Assembly (NCBI GenBank): GCA_043813305.1 | Contig: JBDRLC010000064.1 | Coordinates: 32,048-96,047, forward strand | Origin: Candidatus Omnitrophota bacterium | GTDB taxonomy: Bacteria; Omnitrophota; Gorgyraeia; Gygaellales; Profunditerraquicolaceae | Length of the DNA stretch: 64,000 nucleotides | Reading direction: 5' to 3' | Shown: in pieces, positions 59,022 through 64,000 of the stretch | How the letters are laid out: every line of letters starts with the position of its first letter | Position numbering within the stretch: the stretch's first letter is position 1 | Position numbers and translations under genes: made by a program | Notes under the pieces: generated by a model | What the model was told of the DNA's origin: nothing | Databases searched by the model: none | The model's input: only the letters and a program-made list of their open reading frames with translations

Positions 59022-60440
59022 TTGATGATCTTAGGAGAAAAAAGTATTATCAGTATAGATATTGACGAAGGCGCTTTAACTGCGGCTAAGCTGAGCAAGA
59101 AGAAGAACCTGATCTCTTTAGATGGTTTTAAAAGCGTTAATTCACTAGCACAGCTTGCCGGCGATCCCGCTTTTAAAGGTAAGTCAGTGGTATTGGCATT
59201 CCCTGCTCAAGCCCTGCTCTTTAGAAGTTTCTCAATTGATAGCACATTTCTAAGAGGGCCGGAGCAGAAGAAGAGGATCGATAGTTTTCTCTCGCGTCAA
59301 AATCTTCCCCTGAATCTCGATGATTGTTACTGGCAGACATTTGTCTTAGGCGGCCGTCTTAATCTAATCGCTGCGAAGAAGAAGATAGTCGATAACATTA
59401 TCTTGAGGATACCCGAAGAAGGATTTAATATCGCCGGAGTCATTCCTTCATTTCTGGCTTTATACAATTTAGTCGTTTATAATTATCCGGAAAAGGAAAG
59501 ATTCACTCTCCTGAATTTACGTAATTCTTCAAGCGAACTGCTTATTGTTGAGAAAAAGCAGGTCTGGCTATATCCTTTAGCCGCAGGTAAAGAGCATATC
59601 AAGGAAGATCTAAACAATGAGAATATATTATTTCAGGAGTTAAGGAGGATTCTAAATACCCATTATCTACAGAATCCCTCAGCGGACCCGAAGCCGAATT
59701 CTCTTTACCTGGTAGGAACAGAATATTCCGAGATTTTCAATTCGGTTCTTAAGCAGACCTTTACCAACCACGATTTAATTCCTCTGGAGCCGTTAAAGAA
59801 GATAACTAGCCTGGCGGATAAATCCTTTAGAATTCCGGCTACATTAACCTTAAGTATCGGCTTGGGGCTTAGTTTTCTTTCTGCCGGGGGCCTTGTCTCA
59901 GTTAACCTTTTAAAGGCGAAATTAAAAAAAGATATGATCTTTGTGGGTGAGATTTTACTGGAGAAAACCCTGGTAGGCCTAGGAGGCGTGGTTTTTATTT
60001 TTCTGTTATTCTCAGTGATAAAATCCGCTGTAGTGCTGAAATCTCAAAGTGCGCTCCTTAAGTCTAGTAGGTCTCAGATGGAATCTGCTTTACCACAGGT
60101 AAAGGAACTTAAGAAAAAGAAGGAGGCCCTGGAAGGGTTAACAGATTTCCTGGGGCAGGAGTTAAATCAGCAAACTTTATATCTGAAAGCCTTATCTGCA
60201 ATCTCAGAGAATAAATCACCTAATCTTGTGATCGAGCAGTTTGAAGCAAAGGTAAGGCAGGGAGTGATTGAGGTGTTTCTTTCCGGGAGAGCAGGTAATT
60301 ATGAGGAGATTAATCAGTTTTTAAGTAAGCTTAAAAATAATCAGAGTTTCAGGGAAGTGAAGATGCTTTCTTCGGAATTACCAAGCCGCGAAGCAGCAGT
60401 AGAAGCGGTTGATTTTCAATTATCTTTTAAGGCCGAATGA
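59022..60440 (+). CDS. PilM-like :: PilN-like fusion (locus 2)
   Basis: 472 aa (TTG 59022 or ATG 59025). N-terminal PilM-like region, TM helix (LVGLGGVVFIFLLFSVI), coiled coil and PilN-like C-terminus (VIEVFLSGRAGNYEEINQFLSKLKNN). Confidence 0.6.
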   Translation: MMILGEKSIISIDIDEGALTAAKLSKKKNLISLDGFKSVNSLAQLAGDPAFKGKSVVLAFPAQALLFRSFSIDSTFLRGPEQKKRIDSFLSRQNLPLNLDDCYWQTFVLGGRLNLIAAKKKIVDNIILRIPEEGFNIAGVIPSFLALYNLVVYNYPEKERFTLLNLRNSSSELLIVEKKQVWLYPLAAGKEHIKEDLNNENILFQELRRILNTHYLQNPSADPKPNSLYLVGTEYSEIFNSVLKQTFTNHDLIPLEPLKKITSLADKSFRIPATLTLSIGLGLSFLSAGGLVSVNLLKAKLKKDMIFVGEILLEKTLVGLGGVVFIFLLFSVIKSAVVLKSQSALLKSSRSQMESALPQVKELKKKKEALEGLTDFLGQELNQQTLYLKALSAISENKSPNLVIEQFEAKVRQGVIEVFLSGRAGNYEEINQFLSKLKNNQSFREVKMLSSELPSREAAVEAVDFQLSFKAE

Positions 60441-61507
60441 TGATCTTAAAGGTTTCTGAAAAAACTAAACTGATTACAGGGGGTTGGCTTTTAGCATGCA
60501 TCCTCCTTCTGGTAATAGCTTCAGTTTTGAAGGGGAGGATAAATTTCGTAAAAAGAGAAAACCAGGAGAACCGTTCTTTATTAGACGAGGCCTTACCTGA
60601 TTTTAACGATCAGAGCCCGCAAAAATTAGCTCAAGATATAAAGAATTTAAAATTAAACATTTTAAGCCAGGAGTGCTTATACAGCAGGCAGGATTCATGG
60701 CTTAAAGAGGGTTATGATCCGGGCATATTATTTGCCGAAGACTTAAGCATCATCAACCAATATTTAAAACAGAAAGCCCAGAATAAAAATACGGAATTTG
60801 CCGACATAGAGTTTCTACAAAAAATGCCTTCAGAGCAGGAGGCAGTTTATCTTCTAAGTCAACTCCACGGTTTAAAAGAGATCCTTAATTTGGGTATAGA
60901 ACTGGGCGTAAATTTTGAAGTGATCAAGCCTCAGCCAATCCAGGAGCTAGAGGATGATAAAGGCATTAGGGTAGCAAAGACTTATCTTGAGTTGAGCTGC
61001 CCGAAAGAAACGCTGATTGAATTTTTGATACAGATGAATTATCTTGTCCCAAGGGCGTATTTGGAATTCTTGAGTATAAAGTCGCAAGGTGAGGTTTTTG
61101 ATTTAGTTTTCTCATTTAAAAATATTATTTTAACACTGGATTGGGCTAAGGATGATCTAGGAGAGGAAGCGGCAATTAAATCCCCTGATTCATTGCTTGG
61201 GGCAGGGCAGGGTTATATTTCTGTTTTAAGGGGCAGGAACCCGTTTCATTTAGAAACTCCCAAGATAATCAGCGCTACCGAGGTTAAAGAAGAAGTAAGG
61301 CTTGCTCCTCGATTTCTTTATAAAGGGACGGCTGTTTCAAAAGAGAAAGAGATTGTAGTAATCCAGGATACTATGAGTGAAGAGACGGTTTTTATCGGAC
61401 TTAACGGTAGTTATGGCGATTTTAAGTTAAAGGAGTTTTCCGATCAGACGGCTGTGTTTGAGAACGTCAAGGATAACAGTACAATCATCATAAAAAAGGA
61501 AGAGTGA
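60437..61507 (+). CDS. Bitopic assembly protein, PilO/GspM-like core with PilP-like C-terminal beta segment
   Basis: 356 aa with a TM helix (GGWLLACILLLVIASVL). PilO-like alpha/beta core (AKTYLELSCPKETLIEFLIQMNYL...FLSIKSQGEVFDLVFSF). C-terminal KGTAVSKEKEIVVIQD...VFIGLNGSYGDFKLKEF. The assignment is weak. Confidence 0.4.
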   Translation: MMILKVSEKTKLITGGWLLACILLLVIASVLKGRINFVKRENQENRSLLDEALPDFNDQSPQKLAQDIKNLKLNILSQECLYSRQDSWLKEGYDPGILFAEDLSIINQYLKQKAQNKNTEFADIEFLQKMPSEQEAVYLLSQLHGLKEILNLGIELGVNFEVIKPQPIQELEDDKGIRVAKTYLELSCPKETLIEFLIQMNYLVPRAYLEFLSIKSQGEVFDLVFSFKNIILTLDWAKDDLGEEAAIKSPDSLLGAGQGYISVLRGRNPFHLETPKIISATEVKEEVRLAPRFLYKGTAVSKEKEIVVIQDTMSEETVFIGLNGSYGDFKLKEFSDQTAVFENVKDNSTIIIKKEE

Positions 61508-63582
61508 AAATGAAAAAAGAAAAATTATTTCCGAGAGTGCTGATTGTAGCAATCGCTTCAATGGTTTTGTTATTCGGTAGCTTGGCAGCAGAGTCAGACA
61601 CCTCTGAGAAGATCAACGCTGATATTGACTCATTATATAAAGACTCCCTGAGTTATTATTCCAGTATTCAGTATGAAAATGCCATGGAGGGTTTAGAATT
61701 AATCCTGGCGATACTCGATACTTATCCCGATATTGAAAAGTGGCGGGTAAGTAAGAAGATCGGCCCTTCCAGAGAGGATGTTGTAAGCCTGGTTGAGAAG
61801 ATCAATAAAGAGATGAAAGTAGATTTGACTAAGCGAAAGTTAGAAGTAGTTGATATCGCTAAGGAGCGGGTGAGTACGGATCGTGAGATCGTCAATAGGA
61901 TAAAGCGCCTCTGGAGTAATTCGCGTAAACTCTATGGCCAGGGATTATATGAAGATGCGATAGAAAATTTTGAAGAGATCGTAGAATTAGAAAAGGGCTC
62001 CAGGCTACGATATACATTCCAGGCAAAGGATTATATTGCTCAGGCAAAGGAGAAGTTACTCCAAGCAAAGGAGGAGGATTTATCAAAAGAAGTTGAGATT
62101 AAAGAGAAGGATATGATTGAAGAAGTGCTTAAACAACAGATACCTCCTTATGTAGAACCTCCTTTGCATGTAGAGGAGCAGGAGGTGACTTCTTTGGTAA
62201 GGCCTCCTGAGATCAGAAAGAAACTCAAGGCGACCAAGGTAACTATGGACTTTGATAAAGTAGGGTTAAAATCAGTAATGTCATTCCTTGCTAATGAATC
62301 AGGCGTTAATTTTGTCGCCTCTAGCAGGGTTCTGGAACTGAAACCCGTGGTAAGTACCAGCCTTAAAGACACCAGTATTGAGGAGGCGATAAAATTTATC
62401 ATCAAAAGCTTGAATTTAGTCTATAGGATTGATAAAGAAGTTGTCTGGATTGCGCATCCGGATGAGATAGCAAATGAGCCGATGGAGACCAAAGTTTATT
62501 ATCTGAATAAAGGCGGAGGGCTATTTACGGAGTTCAGTCCGATTACCGGCGGTTCCGCTGACACGGGACTTGGAGGAAGCTCTGCTTCGATTACCAAGAT
62601 AACTACAATAGAAGATACCTTAAAGGAGATAGTTCCCTGGCCTGATGATGCCAAACTGACCTATGATAAGCGCCTTAACGCCCTGATCGTACGCAATACT
62701 CCCCAAAACCTTCAGATGCTTGAAGACATTCTTTATACTTTAGATATCGTGCCTTGTCAGGTGCTTATCGAAGCCCGCTTTATCGAAGTGGATATCACTG
62801 ATACCAAGGAATTGGGCCTGGAGTGGAATCTCAATAGTGATTCGCCTTTTTCGAAGAAAGACGGAACCATGGAGCAGGGAATTCCTGCGGATAGCGGAAT
62901 TGATTTTTCATCCTTTACCAGGGCAGCCGAGGGATTAAACCTTACTTATCAGGGAGTATTAACTAAGCCTCAGTTCCAGATAGTATTACATGCACTGAGT
63001 GAGAAGAAAAAAATAAAGACCTTATCCAGCCCGCGCATCACTACGATGAATAACCAGCTGGCAACGATTAAGGTGGTGGATGAATGGATTTATCCGACAC
63101 GCTATGAATATGAGATCGTGCAATCTGACTTAAACGGGGATGGGGATTTTAGCGATGCAGGCGAGACATCCTATAAGAACGTACCTAAAGATTTTCTCCG
63201 CCGTGACGTGGGCATACTTTTAAAGGTAATCCCGGCGGTAGGTGCTGACAAGAAGACGATAAATCTTTCTCTTATCCCCGAAGTAAGCGAGGCAAGCGCG
63301 GATGCATTTGAATATGCCGGAGACGTATCATTGCCTAAGTTTACCTCGCGTAATCTTTCTACCACCGTAGTAGTAGATAGCGGAGATACGGTGGTATTAG
63401 GAGGCCTGATTAAAGAAAGCCGCACCAATACGGTGACCAAGGTTCCCCTGTTAGGGGATCTTCCTTTTATCGGGAAATTATTTAGAAAAGATGCGGATAG
63501 TATCCAGAGAAAGAACCTTTTGATTTTCGTTACCGCCAAAGTCTTGACATCTTCCGGCGAAGAAGTGGTAATAAACCAATAA
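61504..63582 (+). CDS. Secretin (GspD/PilQ family) with a ~230-aa helical/TPR-like N-terminal extension
   Basis: 692 aa (GTG 61504 or ATG 61510). Signal peptide, N0-like VTMDFDKVGLKSVMSFLANESGVNFVAS, N1-like LNALIVRNTPQNLQMLEDIL, and a secretin core with VPLLGDLPFIGKLFR. Confidence 0.88.
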   Translation: MKMKKEKLFPRVLIVAIASMVLLFGSLAAESDTSEKINADIDSLYKDSLSYYSSIQYENAMEGLELILAILDTYPDIEKWRVSKKIGPSREDVVSLVEKINKEMKVDLTKRKLEVVDIAKERVSTDREIVNRIKRLWSNSRKLYGQGLYEDAIENFEEIVELEKGSRLRYTFQAKDYIAQAKEKLLQAKEEDLSKEVEIKEKDMIEEVLKQQIPPYVEPPLHVEEQEVTSLVRPPEIRKKLKATKVTMDFDKVGLKSVMSFLANESGVNFVASSRVLELKPVVSTSLKDTSIEEAIKFIIKSLNLVYRIDKEVVWIAHPDEIANEPMETKVYYLNKGGGLFTEFSPITGGSADTGLGGSSASITKITTIEDTLKEIVPWPDDAKLTYDKRLNALIVRNTPQNLQMLEDILYTLDIVPCQVLIEARFIEVDITDTKELGLEWNLNSDSPFSKKDGTMEQGIPADSGIDFSSFTRAAEGLNLTYQGVLTKPQFQIVLHALSEKKKIKTLSSPRITTMNNQLATIKVVDEWIYPTRYEYEIVQSDLNGDGDFSDAGETSYKNVPKDFLRRDVGILLKVIPAVGADKKTINLSLIPEVSEASADAFEYAGDVSLPKFTSRNLSTTVVVDSGDTVVLGGLIKESRTNTVTKVPLLGDLPFIGKLFRKDADSIQRKNLLIFVTAKVLTSSGEEVVINQ

Positions 63583-63597
63583 TAAGTAGAGGAAGAG

Positions 63598-64000
63598 ATG
63601 GAACAGATAGGTTTAGAAGAGAGCCTGTTAAAAGCAGGGATAATAAACTCAGAGCAGCTTGAGTCGATAAAACTTGAGAAGGAGCGCAGTTCTGCTTCTA
63701 TCGTCGGGGCAATCCGGCGTCTTAATATTGTCGCTGAAGATATTCTGATTGATTTCCTCGCCCAAAAACTGCATCTGCCAAAATACAGCTTAAAGGATTT
63801 TACTCCTACAGAAGAAATGATCACTATTTTACCTACTGATTTGGTTTGGAAGAAGAAAGTCATCCCTCTCTTTAAAACTAATACCGAGTTAGCTGTAGGG
63901 GTTCTGGATCCATTTGACTTCAGCCTTTTCGAGGAGTTACGTTTGCGCACCGACCTTTTTATCAAGCCGCATTTAGTTAAAGACGAAGAATTGACCCAGG
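63598..64000 (+). CDS. pilB: PilB/GspE-family ATPase, N-terminal (MshEN/T2SSE_N-type) part; 3' end outside the window
   Basis: ATG 63598 behind GAGGAAGAG; the frame is open to the window end. MEQIGLEESLLKAGIINSEQLESIKLE...DILIDFLAQKLHLP...VIPLFKTNTELAVGVLDPFD is typical of the GspE N-terminal domain. Not listed in the ORF track because no stop is reached. Confidence 0.8.
   Translation, partial: MEQIGLEESLLKAGIINSEQLESIKLEKERSSASIVGAIRRLNIVAEDILIDFLAQKLHLPKYSLKDFTPTEEMITILPTDLVWKKKVIPLFKTNTELAVGVLDPFDFSLFEELRLRTDLFIKPHLVKDEELTQ

Noticed and set aside
63171-63965. 264-aa ORF on the - strand
   Set aside because: It is antisense to the secretin C-terminus and the pilB N-terminus, both with strong family signatures. 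It is Ser/Arg/Thr-rich in the way mirror-frame ORFs typically are.

Overview
Gene-dense 64-kb stretch of a bacterial chromosome, moderately AT-rich (about 40% GC by eye). Almost all genes are on the + strand with short gaps or overlapping stop/start codons. I cannot assign taxonomy; the gene content and repeat load suggest an uncultivated lineage, but that is only an impression. Content in order:

- **1-9.8 kb:** type IV pilus (T4P)-like locus 1, comprising a partial pilB, pilC, the major pilin, a GT-C/TPR glycosyltransferase, minor pilins, a PilM::PilN fusion, and PilO-like and PilP-like proteins.
- **9.8-10.6 kb:** cspA (- strand) and tRNA-Thr(CGU).
- **10.7-17.5 kb:** an MFS transporter, the Rnf complex in the order C-G-D-E-A-B, and purN.
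- **17.5-20 kb:** a - strand FtsH-like protease plus a lipoprotein.
- **20.4-22.2 kb:** eno, ftsB-like and the initiator tRNA-Met.
- **22.4-33.3 kb:** an accessory-looking signalling block. It holds two gene remnants, a tightly coupled operon (receiver, porin, ApbE, FMN-binding protein, histidine kinase, receiver), and then PilZ, PilZ, a GH94-like phosphorylase and a second histidine kinase.
- **33.4-45.1 kb:** purine biosynthesis genes: purB, a PurS-PurS-PurL fusion, a LOG-family gene, purQ, a degenerate purF paralog, purF, purM, purD and purE.
- **45.1-54.5 kb:** housekeeping genes, including a TsaC::LMW-phosphatase fusion, rpiB, glyA, dCMP deaminase, nrdR, a bifunctional nuclease, a CCA/polyA polymerase, a short pyruvate kinase, a cupin, a retropepsin-like protease, yjbQ and a Macro::Nudix fusion.
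- **54.5-64 kb:** T4P/T2SS-like locus 2, with a PilC-like protein, one pseudopilin, a 896-aa (904-aa from the upstream ATG) GspK-like protein carrying a lamin-tail domain, a MerR HTH-only protein, a PilM/N-like fusion, a PilO/P-like protein, a secretin and the start of a second pilB.

I saw no rRNA, CRISPR array, transposase, integrase or recognisable defence genes.

The most unusual signals are:

1. Several families of structured palindromic repeats. They sit directly upstream of start codons in a fixed orientation, and related short repeats are inserted in frame inside housekeeping genes (cca, Macro::Nudix, purL, purM, rnfC).
2. The porin/ApbE/FMN-binding/two-component operon, which is bracketed by direct repeats.
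3. Pilus locus 2, with its LTD-bearing GspK-like protein and embedded MerR-type regulator.

All protein family calls come from motif reading by eye. No database search was run.
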